Of a stretch of DNA of 64,000 nt, positions 26,519-39,987 are shown in pieces. A model generated the notes under the pieces. The model ran no database searches. It had not been told where the DNA came from and worked only from the letters and a program-made list of their open reading frames with translations. Every line of letters begins with the position of its first letter. The stretch's first letter is position 1. The translations under genes and the position numbers were made by a program. Location of the stretch: the NCBI GenBank assembly GCA_951406725.2, contig OX597826.1:81096001-81160000 (forward strand), in the 5' to 3' direction. The stretch is from Octopus vulgaris (taxonomy: Eukaryota).

Positions 26519-28328
26519 GTCTTCTAAGTGGATTTGGGTAGATGGAAACTGTACAGAATCCTTCCAGATGGATTATACATGTAATTCAAAGTTTCAGCCT
26601 TGAGAACTACAGGAAGGGTAGACATGTCTGCAGAATACTCTCGGCTGCTGCTTGGTATGATAGTTCAATGATGGTCTCCCATTAATCAAGCAATTTAGAC
26701 ACCCCCGAGCATAATTGTTGCCAGAGTGGCTAACTGGCCTCTGTGCCGGTGGCACGTAAAAGCACCCACTATACTCTCGGAGTGGTTGGCGTTAGGAAGG
26801 GCATCCAGCTGTAGAAACTCTGCCAGATCAAGACTAGAGTCTGGTTCGCCAGCCCTCAGTCAAAATCGTCCAACCCATGCTTGCATGGAAAGCGGACGTT
26901 AAACGATGGTGATGATACATGAAGATCCTCCATCTTTTCATGTTTCTTTCCTCTTTGAGAGTAGGACATAATTTAAGGGAGTTTGGCAACTAATTCTAAC
27001 AAACCAGCTGTTCTGCATCCAAGTTTCTTCGTTGGTTCATTCCATGGTTTGGTTTTTGTGTGGCCCCTCATCAACTTTAATCAAACAGAGCTGTGAATAA
27101 AGGGATTCCAGCCATAACCATTCCACCTTTTTCTTTGTCTTTTTGTCAGACATGACATACCTGGGACTACACTGTTTAATGTATCGTTTCTTTAAAGTAG
27201 ATTAGTGATTTGAGGCAAATTTAGCTGTTATTTCTAGCAGGTCAAGTGACCATGTTACGGTTACCTTGTTTGATTTATTTATCACTTTGTTCCAGTTGTT
27301 CTAATAGTGGTACATTTATTTATTTATTTATTTATTCCTAATTTTGTTTTCGATCTTTTTTCGCTCTTGGCCAGAAGCCAAACCAGTTTTTTCTTTTTGC
27401 CAAATGTCTGAAGCAAGAGGAAGGGATGGTGTTATGTTTTTTTTAATTATTTTACTTTCACATTCTGTAAATTTTGGAGGGGCTCCCAGATGAAAACCTC
27501 TCCCCGCATCACAATTAATTCTCTTCTTTGACCTTCAGCAGAATCATATTAAATACACAAACACACAAATTTGTTTCCTCATATCAAAACCTGCTGATTA
27601 AGATGTTCCATTGTAATGTCAGTCGGACAAAACCTTTAGGAATGAGGAAATAATGCACAAGTACAATATTTACCAATGTATACACTCTCTCTTCACATCT
27701 ATCTATCTATCTAGCTAACTAGCTCTGGCACCTGTGCGGGTGGCACGTAAAAAGCACCCGCTACACCCACGGAGTGGTTGGCGTTAGGAAGGGCATCCAG
27801 CTGTAGAAACACTGCCAGATCTGACTAATAGTATGAGCTGCAGTTGTGATAGAGGTGGAGGTGATGGTGATGATGATGGTGGTGGTGGTGGTAGCCGAGG
27901 CAGCCAGGGATGACAGTGATAGTAAGCGATGTGAAAGACAGTTGTGATGGTCGTGGAGGGGAAGGCTGCGAAGTCAAGGGTATTGATGGTAGTGGCGTCA
28001 GAAGTCTGAATGGTGTGTGTATAGCAGTTGTGGTGGTGGTGGTACTGGTGATGGTGATGGTTGAAAATAATCAACAGAAAAAGAGAGAAAGAAAAAGAAT
28101 CTAGGCAGAAAAAGAATTGTACTGACCCTGCCTAATGGGAAGACAAAGAATGTTGTTTATTATGCAGCTTTGCAATGAGTTCCAAGTCAGCAAATTAGGG
28201 GTCAAGTTTAATAAAATTTGATATGTACTCAATGCATGAAGTGTCATTGTTGGGCCCAAGGCCTAATGAAGACCCCTCCACAAGAGCTAGAGTAAAAGCC
28301 ACCCGACAGGGCACCTTTGAAGCTAGTA

Positions 28329-28371
<43 letters not shown>

Positions 28372-29144
28372 AATTTAAAAATAGGATAAAATCTTCATAA
28401 GAATTTATCAAGTAGTTAACATGAAAAACCTCATAAGAGAAAAAAAACCATCAATTTTTTTCTTTTAAATTTGTTTATTTATATTATATTTTAAGGTGAG
28501 AACGGACTGTGCATGGGACCGATCCCACTGCTCTAAGCAATGCATGCCTTTGCCCAAGAGGAAGAACCAGACTATATTATTAGATGCGAAGTTGCTGGAG
28601 TCACACCAGCATTTTCCTTCTCTTAGAGAGATGCCTAAACAAAGATTAAGGGTCTCACACTCTCAGCACTTGGATGGCCATTGACTCTTCTGAATTCTTC
28701 AGCCTTTTGACAGGTTTTTGTCTTCTGTCCTGCAAGGTGCCCATTCTCTTTACCAAGCAAATTTGGTAAGGTGGTTGGCTTAGTAACCAACAGCCCAAAC
28801 ATGCAACAGGTTGTACACTTAAATAACACGACATTACATACATGCACACACGCACACACACAAATTAAGGTGAAACAACAGTGGTCAACATATTGGGGTT
28901 TTCTCAATCTATAGATCACGAGTTCACATCTGTTGTGTATCTCTTAACAAGAAGGACACTTCATGGCCCAGGCTCATGCGGCACTGTGCCAAGATCTGCA
29001 GATGTTATCTGTAATCATTGGTAGTATTCTCTATGTACCACACAGTGGGGTAGAATTTGGAACCTTGCATTCATGAAGCAAGCCCCGTAGTCACACAGTT
29101 ATGCCTGTGCCTCTGTATGTATGTAGAGAGAGAGAGAGAGGCAG

Positions 29145-29503
29145 ACAGATAGATAGATGAACACAGATAGATAGATAGAAAGGAAAGGCGGGCGTTAAAC
29201 AATGGTAGATAGACAGATAGATAGGTAGATAGATAGATAGATAGGTAGATAGACAGATAGGTAGATAGATAGGTAGATAGATAGATAGATAGATAGATAG
29301 GTAGATAGACAGATAGGTAGATAGACAGATAGGTAGATAGATAGATAGATAGGTAGGTAGATAGGTAGATAGATAGGTAGTTAGATAGATAGGTAGATAG
29401 AAATAAATAGAAAGGAAAGACGGGCATTAAACGATGGTAGATAGATAGGTAGATAGACAGATAGATAAGTAGGTAGGTAGATAGGTAGATAGATAGATAG
29501 ATA
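29145..29503. repeat. (GATA/GGTA/GACA)n tract with internal duplication
   Basis: Tetranucleotide array; the spacer gaaaggaaag.cgggc.ttaaac.atggtag occurs twice (about 29178 and 29410). Confidence 0.9.
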
Positions 29504-29565
29504 TGTTGTGATCATTTAGTATAATGTACGTGTTTGTGTTTGTATATACACACACACAGTCATAC

Positions 29566-29601
<36 letters not shown>

Positions 29602-29679
29602 GTAGGTATGTATAGTGCTTGTAAACTATGTTTTAACCAAATATAACCTGTTTTTTGTTTTAATTCTTTTTCCTTTCAG

Positions 29680-29788
29680 GATGAGAAATCTTTCAAGTGG
29701 AAAGTGCTGATGTTTTGCAGTATAATGGTTGCCACTGCTGGTCTCTTGTTTTTCTTTGTGAAGCACCGTTTTCACTGCGAACCTTTAG
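29680..29788 (+). CDS. PGAP2: PGAP2 internal coding exon
   Basis: Long pyrimidine tract and ttcag|GAT (phase 0). Encodes DEKSFKWKVLMFCSIMVATAGLLFFFVKHRFHCEPL (cf. DRKSYSWK...YFRHNMYCEAG). Donor G|gtaaaa, phase 1. Confidence 0.92.
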
Positions 29789-29803
29789 GTAAAAAAAAAA
29801 TAT

Positions 29804-29888
<85 letters not shown>

Positions 29889-30974
29889 TTCTGTTATTTA
29901 ATCAATCTTTCTGCTTCATTTTGCTCTTTCTCTTATTCTCTTATTATGCAATTTTTAATATATATTTTCTGAATTTTATTACTTTTCACTCTTTGTTTGA
30001 CTTTTTATAATTTGTTAGCCTATTTTTTTTTTCCGTTTTTTTTTTGTGGGGGTGGGGTAAATTGATTTTATTTTGTTCTTTGTTTGTTAATTTTTTGCTT
30101 CTTTCTGTCTTTATTTCTTTCCTTTTCTCTCTCTTATTTTATGTGATTGTGTGTGTGTATGAGTATGTGTGTGTGTCTTTATATATATATAAATATAAAC
30201 ACACACACACCTACTTGCCATTGCACAATCTACAAACAAGCATCTCTCTTCGTAGTATTCTATCGTCGTCCGCAGTTTATCCCATTGAGCTTGATTAAAC
30301 TTTGAACAAAACTAGTTTTCTGTGTCACTTCTGCTCTTTGTTGCTCTCCCTCCTTTATAAGTTTCCCATTTACATTGAAATCCTGCTCGGGAACTTACCT
30401 TTTATATCTCTCATGGGTCAGAATGAATGAATAACCAGTTTTTTTCTCTTTCTTTGTCACTTTCTGGCATTCATAATCACAACACCAACAACAGCTTTCT
30501 TCAAAACCTACATCATCATTATTATTATCATTATTATTATTATTATTATTATCATTATTATTATTATTATTATCATTATTATTATTAGGGTGGTGAGCTG
30601 GCAGAATTGTTAGCATGCTGGGAAAAATGCTGAACAGCATTTCATCCGTCTTACATTCTGACTTTTCCTTTCATCCTTTCAGGGTGGATAAATTAAGTAC
30701 CAGTGAAACACTGGGGTCAGTGTAATCGGCTAGTCCCCTCCCCAAAAATTTCAGGCCCTGTGCCTTTAGTAGAAAAGATTATTCGCTGGGAAAAATGCTT
30801 AGCAGTATTTTGTCTGCTGCTATGTTCTGAGTTCAAATTCCACCAAGATCGACTTTGCCTTTCATCCTTTCAGGGTCGATGAAATAAGTACCAGTTATGT
30901 ACTGGGGTCAATGTAATCGACAAACCCCCACCCCTCAAATTTCAGGCCTTGTGCCTATAGTAGAAAGGATTCGC

Positions 30975-31362
30975 ATCACCAGCCCCAGCCCACTCAAAAG
31001 TACCTTGGATTGTAGGGCGACATGTTGTGCTTGAGGAAACCTACTGAGTCAAGTACATCAACATCAATATCAAATGGAAATTGCAGTCGTGATCCCCGTG
31101 CCGGTGGCACATAAACAGCACCATCTGAACATGCCAGCACTGCCAATTGTGGTTGTTGCCAACCTCCTCCGGCCCCTGTACCGGTGGCATGTGAAAAGCA
31201 CCCTCTACACTCTCGGTGTGGTTGGCATTAGGAAGGGCATCCAGCTGTAGAAACACTGCCAGATCAGACTGGAGCCTGGTGCAGCCTCCTGGCTTCCTAG
31301 ACCCCAGTCGAACCATCCAACCCATGTCAGCATGAAAAAGGATGATGATGATGACGATGATG
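30975..31362 (+). mobile_element. RTE LINE 3'-UTR fragment (representative of more than 10 copies)
   Basis: Same 3' end as the 61555 element (ggaagggcatccagctgtagaaac...ccatgc..gcatg..(gat)n). Other copies near 1587-1810, 7590-7725, 15030-15185, 18835-18990, 26720-26915, 27725-27825, 51560-51745 and 59025-59280. Confidence 0.85.
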
Positions 31363-32250
31363 ATTATTATTATTCTTTTTATCTCAGGTTTTGTTGTAAC
31401 TTCTGGAGTCTTGCATGTGTAGCAGGCTTGCTACCTGCAGCCTACGGTACCTTGCTATCTGTTCTTTTCAACTATCTAATACTTTCCTGATTATTATTAT
31501 TATTATCATTATTATTATTATTATTATGAAGGTGGTGAGCTGGCAGAATCATTAGCACACTGGGCAAAATGCTTTGTGGTATTTTGTCCGTCTTCACATT
31601 CTGAGTTCAAATTCGCCTTTCATCCTTTTTGAGTTGATTAAATAAGTACCAGTTACACACTGGGGTCGATCTAATCGACTTAATCCTTTCCCCCAAATTT
31701 TGAGGCCTTGTGCTTCCAGTAGAAAGGATTATTATTATTATTGCAAGTTGGCAGCATCATCAGACAAGATGTTTGGCCTGTCACTTGACTTAGCCACCAC
31801 CACCACCACCAACATCATCACAACCACCATCACCACAGCCACCACCACCACCACCACCGTGGTCCTTGAGTGCCTTTAGCAGAGGCAACTCTGCTGTAAA
31901 ATATCCAAACTTGATATCCAGTAAGAGACAATACTCTCCCTTACTGTAACAAACCATGTGTTGTGATTTCATCTACCTCCACCTGTCTTGGAGACCCTGC
32001 AAAAAAAATAAGCCATGGCCGCTGCCCTTTCTCTGCTTAAACCATAAAAAAAAAAAAATTTAGAAAGAAAGGTCCAGTGTTCAAATCCTGTTCTTGATAT
32101 TTTTCTTTATCACTCTTATTTGTTTCTACCTTTGATTCTCTTTTTCTGCCTGTCTATCTCTTGCTCTGCATAAAACGAGCTCGTTAGCTGCTAATTACAA
32201 TGGATTGTTTAGTTTCTTTATAGCTAGGAAATGTTGTTACCTATTTTAAT

Positions 32251-32286
<36 letters not shown>

Positions 32287-33061
32287 GTATGTATATATAA
32301 TTTTTTAACTTAATTTCATTCTATTTCCCTTTTTTATTGTTTTACTTTTAATAAGCAATTCATTTGGTTAATTTTATTTTATAGTATTGAACTAGTTTCA
32401 TCGATATTGATCTCAGCCTATCCTTTTCCTTGTACATTGTTCGAAGATGTTGCTTATGAGATGTCATGTTCCACTAAGCTTTATTCGGCTTGTTTTGCAT
32501 GTGATGTCATGTTCATGATGTTGATTGAGAAACAAAAAATATCCAGTTGTCTACACTTGTTTTTTGTTTGAATGTCCTTTTTGGAATTAGTACTTTGTTG
32601 CTGATACTATTTTGTAGCTATAAGTTACCATTATTTGTTTAATCTGATGTAGTTACTTGTAGTTAATAAGCTGGTGTATTCCCAGCTAGTGTTTATATGT
32701 TTTATGCTGTTGACACTGCTGGACTGAACAGTACTGCCCAGGTGTCAAAACCATAGTGATATCTGTTTGGCAACCGCTGATGGGAATACACTTTTGTTAT
32801 GTTTGATTATGATTGATTTATTTCTTAGCCTCATTATTCTGTCCTTCATTCCTGTAAAGTAGATTTGTAGTTTGTAGGAATCACTTTGGTTTTGTTTGGT
32901 TTTCTTCATAATCTAATGCATATATATGGGCATGAAATGCCTATAATTAATGACAGGTGGGTAAAGCAGTAACAAGAAATTGAGACATGTTGGCACAGCC
33001 TTTTTAGTGTCACTGGCTTGAAACTGAATTATCTGATATCAGACATTTTAATGTTTTTCGT

Positions 33062-33487
33062 CTCTCTCCCTCTTCTCTCTCTCCCTCTTCCCCTCCCCTC
33101 TCTCTCCCTCTTCCCCCTCCCCTCTCTCTCTCCCTCTTCCCCCTCCCCTCTCTCTCCCTCTTCCCCCTCCCCTCTCTCTCTCCCTCTGCCCCTCCCCTCT
33201 CAATCCCTCTTCTCTCTCCCTCTGCCTCTTCCCCTCTCTCTCCCTCTTCCCCCTCCCCTCTCTCTCCCTCTTACCCCCCCCTTCTCTCTCCCTCTTCCCC
33301 CTCCCCTCTATCCCCCTCTTCCCCCTCCCTTCTCTCTCCCTCTTACCCCTCCCCATCTCCCCCTCTTCCCCTCCTCTCTCTCCCTCTGCCCATCCCTCCC
33401 CTTCCCCCTTCCCCTCTCTCCCTCTTCTGCCTCCCTTCTCTCTCCCTCTTCCTTCTCTCTCCCTCTTCCTTCTCTCTCCCTCTCTTT
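33062..33487. repeat. Polypyrimidine (CCCTCT/CCCCT-type) tract
   Basis: About 425 bp almost exclusively C/T on +, with many G-runs on the - strand. Confidence 0.95.
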
Positions 33488-33596
33488 ATGTGTATAAGCA
33501 TATTTCCCTTCATAGTGTATGAGGAAATGGAAAGTGTTTACGTCAGCCATGTTCAATAAAGAAACTGTGAGGTCTTTCCCTCCCTCTCTCTCTCTC

Positions 33597-33627
<31 letters not shown>

Positions 33628-34397
33628 TTCTCTTTCTTATCCGTATGTCAATGTTTCTGTTCGTGTGTACGTGTGTGTGTGTTTTGGCTTCCAGTGCCAA
33701 AAAGTGCTGTTGCCAAACCAGGCTGAATCTCCAATCAGCCGTGTCAGATTATCAGCATCCAAACAACCATGTCCAATCCTCCCAATCTGGTGCCAAGAGT
33801 TTCCGGCAGACAGGAACTCTGAACAAAGATCAAAGAAGAAGACATGGCCAGACGTGGTGAGAGCTGATCTGTGTTATTACGCTGAGTCCTACACAAAGCT
33901 AAGAATGAAGGAATGTGCCATGTATTGAGATATTGTCTTGGAGAAGATCTGTCCAACCCGAAAGAAGTGGACACAGGCACAGAACGTGGCTGTGGAGTTG
34001 AAGAACTTGCTTTACTACTTCTGGTTTTTGGTATTGTTTCATTATATGGCCGCTTGGGCTACTTTACTCTAGCCTCAAGCTGACCAAAGCTTTCTGAGTG
34101 AATTTGGTAGACGGAAACTGTGAGGAAGCCCATTGTGTATACATATGCGTGTGTGTGCATGCATCTGTGTGTGTGTGTGTGTCCCCACAACCTCTCCCAT
34201 CACCTGACAACCAGTGTTGGTTCATTTACACCTCTGTAACTTAGCAGTTCAGCAAAAGAGACTGATAGAATAAGTACAAAAATCAAGTACTTTGGGTTGA
34301 CTTGTTCGACTAAACACTTCGAGGCAGTGCTCCAGCTTGGCTGCAATCCAATGACTAAAAGAAGTAAAAGGTAAAAGATAAAGACTAAAATTATTAT

Positions 34398-34428
<31 letters not shown>

Positions 34429-34590
34429 CTCTTCCCTTCAAATGCAGAATCCATCCATATTTCTTCCCCTACCACCACCACCACTCTACCTTACCTATTT
34501 CCCATACACCTACACATGTGATCCAATCAATCTATATTTCACTCAATCGATCTCTCACTCTGTTTCTCTTCTTCTTCTTCTCTGTTTCAG

Positions 34591-34763
34591 CCTTCAGTTG
34601 GTTCTCTCTGTGTGAGTATGTGATTGCCTACACCAATATGGGCTTCCATATGACTGCCGCTTACGATTTCCGAAACGTCACATTCTACGCGTGCACGCCA
34701 GCCGTCTACAGCACGCTGCCCATCAATGGAATGCTTGTAAACAACAACAAAAAACAACGATAA
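34591..34763 (+). CDS. PGAP2: PGAP2 terminal coding exon
   Basis: Acceptor tctgtttcag|CC (G|CC = Ala). Encodes AFSWFSLCEYVIAYTNMGFHMTAAYDFRNVTFYACTPAVYSTLPINGMLVNNNKKQR-TAA, containing the conserved EY...TNM.FHMTA..DF motif. The four exons total 651 nt = 216 aa + stop with no internal stop. Confidence 0.94.
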
Positions 34764-35115
34764 CACTCATCATGTTTTCACTTCAATATCAACGTCAAGA
34801 CAAAACTGTCAAAGATCTGGGGATGGGATGGGATGGGTGGGGGGGGGGGACAGGGAACTTGGAATCTTGCTAAGGGATGCTTGTGGGGTTTTTTTTTTTG
34901 TGGAGGTATGTGTGTGTGTGTGATTCTGTGTGTTTGTAGCTTGTATTGATTTTTCTTTATTAATTTTTCCGTGATTTTTTTCTTCTTCTTTCTCCGCAAG
35001 ATTCTAAATGAAAGTTCAATTTCTCTCTTTTATACACAACTAATACAAACACATATTTGCACACACACATTCACTTCTTCTAACCGATGAAACCAAACAA
35101 ATATATATACATATA

Positions 35116-35156
<41 letters not shown>

Positions 35157-35174
35157 TTAAATATATATATATAT

Positions 35175-35480
35175 AAAACAATTGCAGCGTGGAAGGTGTT
35201 TATAAGCCATTTAAGAAACACACAAAAACCGTTAGATTCACTTCAACATTTAAATTTAATTTGCCAAAATATTTTCGTCGCTTTGAGACTGCGACCTGTT
35301 CACTGACAAAATTCCATGCTGTCGTCTCAAAGCGATGAAAATATTTTGGCAAATTAAATTTAAATGTTGAAGTGAATCTAACGGTTTTTGTGCGTTTCTT
35401 AAATGGCTTATAAACACCTTCCACGCTGCAATTGTTTTCGTTCCAGCACACAATCTCAAATCAAGTCACTTGCTATGCAA
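35175..35480. mobile_element. Foldback element, family B (115-bp inverted arms) inserted in (TA)n downstream of the PGAP2 stop
   Basis: 35175-35289 and 35324-35438 are near-perfect reverse complements with a 34-nt spacer. The right arm has an unpaired extension, an asymmetry typical of inverted Penelope pseudo-LTRs. Confidence 0.85.
35260..35310 (-). ncRNA. Minimal hammerhead ribozyme variant with G3:C8 core swap
   Basis: Minus strand reads UUUGUCA-GUGAACA-g-GUCGC-agucucaaa-GCGAC-GAA-AAUAUU-U^UGGCAAA: 7-bp stem I, 5-bp stem II, palindromic stem III. The core is GUGAACA instead of CUGANGA. Confidence 0.7.
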
Positions 35481-35544
35481 GTACATATGTATATATATAT
35501 ATGTATGTATATATATATATATGTATGTATATATATATATGTAT

Positions 35545-35582
<38 letters not shown>

Positions 35583-36111
35583 GTATATATATGTATGTAT
35601 ATATATATGTATGTATATATATGTATATATATGTATATATGTGAATATATATGTGTGTATATATATGTATATTTATATATGTATGTATGTATGTATGTTT
35701 GTACACACACCTATTCAAAGACACAGAGCTGCTATTTATAATTTTGTTCTAAACTCAATTTCTTTCCTTTTTTTTTTTCTTTATACCCCACAAAAAATAC
35801 CCAAAGCAAGAAAAAAAAAATGCTTATTTAAACACTCCAAAAGCATTTCTGTACAAAACAAGTTTGTGTCTTATTGGGCAACGTTTTCTTTGAAATCTAT
35901 ATCTATCTCATTATGGATATATCTCACCATGGATATATATCCTACCATAGATATATCCGTCTTAGAAGGGCACAATCAAAGATATTCTATGCAAGTTGTA
36001 TTATTTTTGAATGTCTGAAATAACAGCTGTCTCCCTAAATTTCATTACAGAATTTTCATACAAAACATTTTGCAGCTAATTAATTACTGTGATGCTGTTT
36101 ACAACAGTAGC

Positions 36112-36166
<55 letters not shown>

Positions 36167-38919
36167 GCATGTGTTTTAGTGAAATTATCAAATGGATGTG
36201 GTATTTAAGTGAAGCTTGAGTTTGTAGGTTGTTACCCAGAGTTTTACTGTTCAGTAATCTGTCATACAACCTGTGTTATTCTTACAAATTATGCAGTTGT
36301 TAGGTGACAGTTTACCAAGTATCAAACTCAAGACTAGCACAAGAGTAGAGCTACAGATTCAAGTGTTTTATATATATATATATATATACAGACACACATA
36401 CATATATACATGTATCCACTGCAACAATACTTATGATATCCCAGTTGCTTTCTCAGTTAATATCTTCTGTAGACATAATCAAAAACCTCATTGCCAGAAG
36501 GTGTTTGACAGTTGGTTTCCAAGTTGGCGCCTTCATATCACATCACTGGTTCTTATGCTGCAACTTTCATTAAAATCCTTCAACTCTTCTCTGTTCCTTA
36601 TTTTATGGAAGCTAAATAAAAGGCCACTTATTAATGTATCATTAAATTCTGATGTTCATAAAATATATTGGTTGCCTCATGATTACACCATAATTACACA
36701 ACAGGTGGATTTAGTAATTTAACTTTAGTCCCCGTTGTTGTTCTTCCCTGAAATAGATGAGCTCCTTTGATGCTTACAGCTCTAGCTGTTAAATCCTGTT
36801 TGAAACTAGATCCCTTGTAGTTGAGCTTCCACACAGAGTACCAAGGATTCTTGTGCTGCCATATATTATATTCAGATCTAATCTACTAAGAGTTACAACA
36901 TACACAGCACCTCTCTTCAATATTAACAGTGTCAGCTGTCTCTCTAGACCCAAACACCATTCTAGGTTGCTGACATCTCATAAATTTTGGGGGCACAGGT
37001 GCTTAGTTGCACTAAGTCTAGTTTCACTTACTTTAATAAAGCCACTTCCAAATTTATTTCATTAGTTATGAACAGAATTGACAGTAAAATGGAATGTGAT
37101 ATATCCTATCTGTCACTCTCTACAAATAGTCACTGCATGCCAGTGTCGATACAGAATGGTTCTTATCCAAGTTGAATTATAGTTTATCTGAGACAGTCGT
37201 CTCTGTTAATCTCAGACATTTGATTCTCTGTACCAATAGAAGCTCAGTACCAAGATAGCTTTATGCCAAGCATGAGCCATAGTAGATTGGTGCCCAGCTA
37301 ACTCTGTGCCAAACGCATACATTAGCAGCAAAAATGATTGTTACTTATAGCTTATGTATGGATAGATGTATGGATGGCTGTTTCCCATGTTGATAGAAAT
37401 TATATACAATTGTGAATGTAACTTTGCTATGTAGGTGGTTATATTCACATAGAATGGGAAGTTATTTGTGAATGGGTAACTTTGACTTTTAGTTATGATG
37501 GTATTCAAGGAACTCACTTGAGCTGTTACCGGAATGTTTACTTAATTGTTGAAGTTAGTATTAACAACACTAGAATGCTGCTTACCGACTGCCATCATCA
37601 TAATAATCATCATCATAGTCATATTTAGAAGATGATGGAGTCTTTGTTTGTAAAATTGCATGTATATTCACATTTCCATGGTGAACTTATTATTAGAATG
37701 TGAATGTATTCATGAGCTGAGAAACTTGCCCAAGGAGATCACAGGTTGTATACATAGCAATTCATTTGACAGGAAGATGATGAATGTCATGTCATTCTGT
37801 GACCGTTTCGTAACAACTTTATCTGGATGTATAGAATTATGTATAGTAATTACAGCTATACTCAGAAACAGGTGTATATATGTATTTACTGCATATATTA
37901 CATCAGTTATATATAATATAATAAATATATTTATATATAATACTTACACATAAACACACAAACATTAAGTTAAAATGATGATGTCATATTTCCTCTGAGC
38001 AACTATACATACATGTCTGTGTGTATGTACATACATACTTATATATGTATATATGTATGTATGCTAATTTACACATGCACACACGCGCACACACACACAC
38101 ACACACACACTTGAGTATGAACAGGGAGGATGAATGCACCTTCACAAATTGTTGGGTTGATTTTAATGTTTCTGATCTTTAAACAATTGCTATCTACGGA
38201 CCAAAGGAAATGGTATATATTTTACTCTAGAATGCAGGAAATATTTGAATGTCTTATGTTCTGGCTGGATTCAGAAAAAGTGGTTTGATTTCTTTAGTTA
38301 ATAAAAGTAACTGTTGGCAGAAAATTCATTCCAAGAAGAGAGAGTGAAGTTGGATAACAAAAACAAACGGTGTGTATAAAGGCATGAGTATAAACGAAAA
38401 TATGAATTGTAAACTAGAATTAAAAATATACACAAGAGAGAAGGTAAATTCATAGCTAAAATTGTGAAGTGTGCAAGGGAAATAACTTACAAATTTAAAG
38501 GAAGGAATTTTCTTTGCAAGTGGAGATTAAGAAAATATTACAAAGTTGGTATCGAGATCCTACAATTTAAACATTTTCATGGTATTATTTATTTGGGGGA
38601 TTGCACCATGCACATAAGTAGTTATTACTCTATTATAAACCTCCCAAATATATAATTCTAAAATTGTTTAGAAACTATTGAAGCTTCTTGGCCTCTTTGT
38701 TAGATTCCACATCTTCATTTTCTAGAAGTTATTCCTTATTAATATTATGTTGTTTTTAATTTTCCTTTCAATTTTTAAGTTGCTTACATCATACAGTTTT
38801 AATTTCTCTTTTTCCCTTCCTTCCTTTTTACCATAAATTATAAATTAGCTCTTCCTAAATATGGTTCTTTAGGTTCTGATAGACCCATAGACAAAATATA
38901 TCTTTTCAAACTAACAATT

Positions 38920-39171
38920 CTGGATTAATTCAAATTCCAGAAAATTCACCATGGTCACTTTTGCTGTGGGAAAATTTTGCCATAAAAAAGGCAGATAATT
39001 AGACTGCAAACGAGATAACTCGTTTTAAAGAAATTACCTTTCTCTAATTGGTAGGTTAGTCGATGAAGTTGTCATTTTAAGAAAACAGCTATTTTTTTCT
39101 CATTTTGCAATTGTTTTCTTATGGCAAATTTTCCTACGGCAAAAATGTCTACAGCGAAGTTTCCTATAACC
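38920..39171. mobile_element. Unclassified MITE with long imperfect TIRs (second copy about 55690-55917)
   Basis: TTTTGCTGTGGGAAAATTTTGCCATAA is inverted against TTATGGCAAATTTTCCTACGGCAAAAA; the core aattacctttctctaattg..aggttag is shared with the 55.8-kb copy. Confidence 0.6.
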
Positions 39172-39755
39172 AAATATTTTATTAAGTCTAAAATATATCT
39201 TTGAGTACTGTATTCTTTACTCTAAAAATGTTCCAGAGTGTGACAAGTTCAAAAAGAAGCTACGTCTTGTATTTGAACTTGTCATCCTCCGCACTATCTT
39301 TATTCATATATATTAAGCATCAAGTTCCAGGAAATCTTGCCACAATAAGGAATTAAACTACCCAAAATCGAAACAAGTTTCACATTGTGGAATTATTCAA
39401 AAATTTTCAGGAACGTAATGTTTTTATAATGCAGGGATGTTTATAATATACATCTGCAATTCTACGCACCTACTTATTATTTCCTGAATATATATATATA
39501 TATTTACTTCACACCTGCCTTCCATAAACTCTCCAGTTTCATTTGCTAATTAATGAGATCCTAACATTTTTCTGCATCCAATGAAAAGCTTATCATCATC
39601 ATCATCATCATCATCATCATAACATTAAAATATTCAAAACCTGTTATTATTATATAGGTATATAATTAGTTTCCTTTGATTTGTTTATGACAGAGCCTAA
39701 AATATCAGAAATGAGATACTTGGAATATTGATTTGTGGAGTTTTGGCTTCCAATA

Positions 39756-39803
<48 letters not shown>

Positions 39804-39953
39804 GAGGGCACTATTACACATAGATGCCTCATGCTAGGAGGGACTCTTAAAGTCAAAACTACTAAAATAAATAAACATATTTTTTTCTCTTATGAGGTTT
39901 TTCACACTAACTACTTGATAAATTCTTATGAAGATTTTATCCTATTTTTAAAT

Positions 39954-39987
<34 letters not shown>

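Noticed and set aside
28290-28326. Small hairpin followed by CTAG-T, resembling a Helitron 3' end
   Set aside because: The hairpin is imperfect, there is a single copy in the window, and no 5' terminus is identifiable.
35403-36018. Long Y/I/C/V-rich ORFs here and at 5.3, 8.8, 21.1, 29.1, 33.0 and 41.0 kb
   Set aside because: Translations of (TA)n, (CA)n, (GATA)n and (CT)n microsatellites that simply lack stop codons.
39820-39957. Repeat shared in inverse orientation with 28370-28445, with a GACT/AGTC-AAAAC hairpin reminiscent of a hammerhead
   Set aside because: The core is too diverged (CTCATGC, AAAA) to call a ribozyme from this copy.
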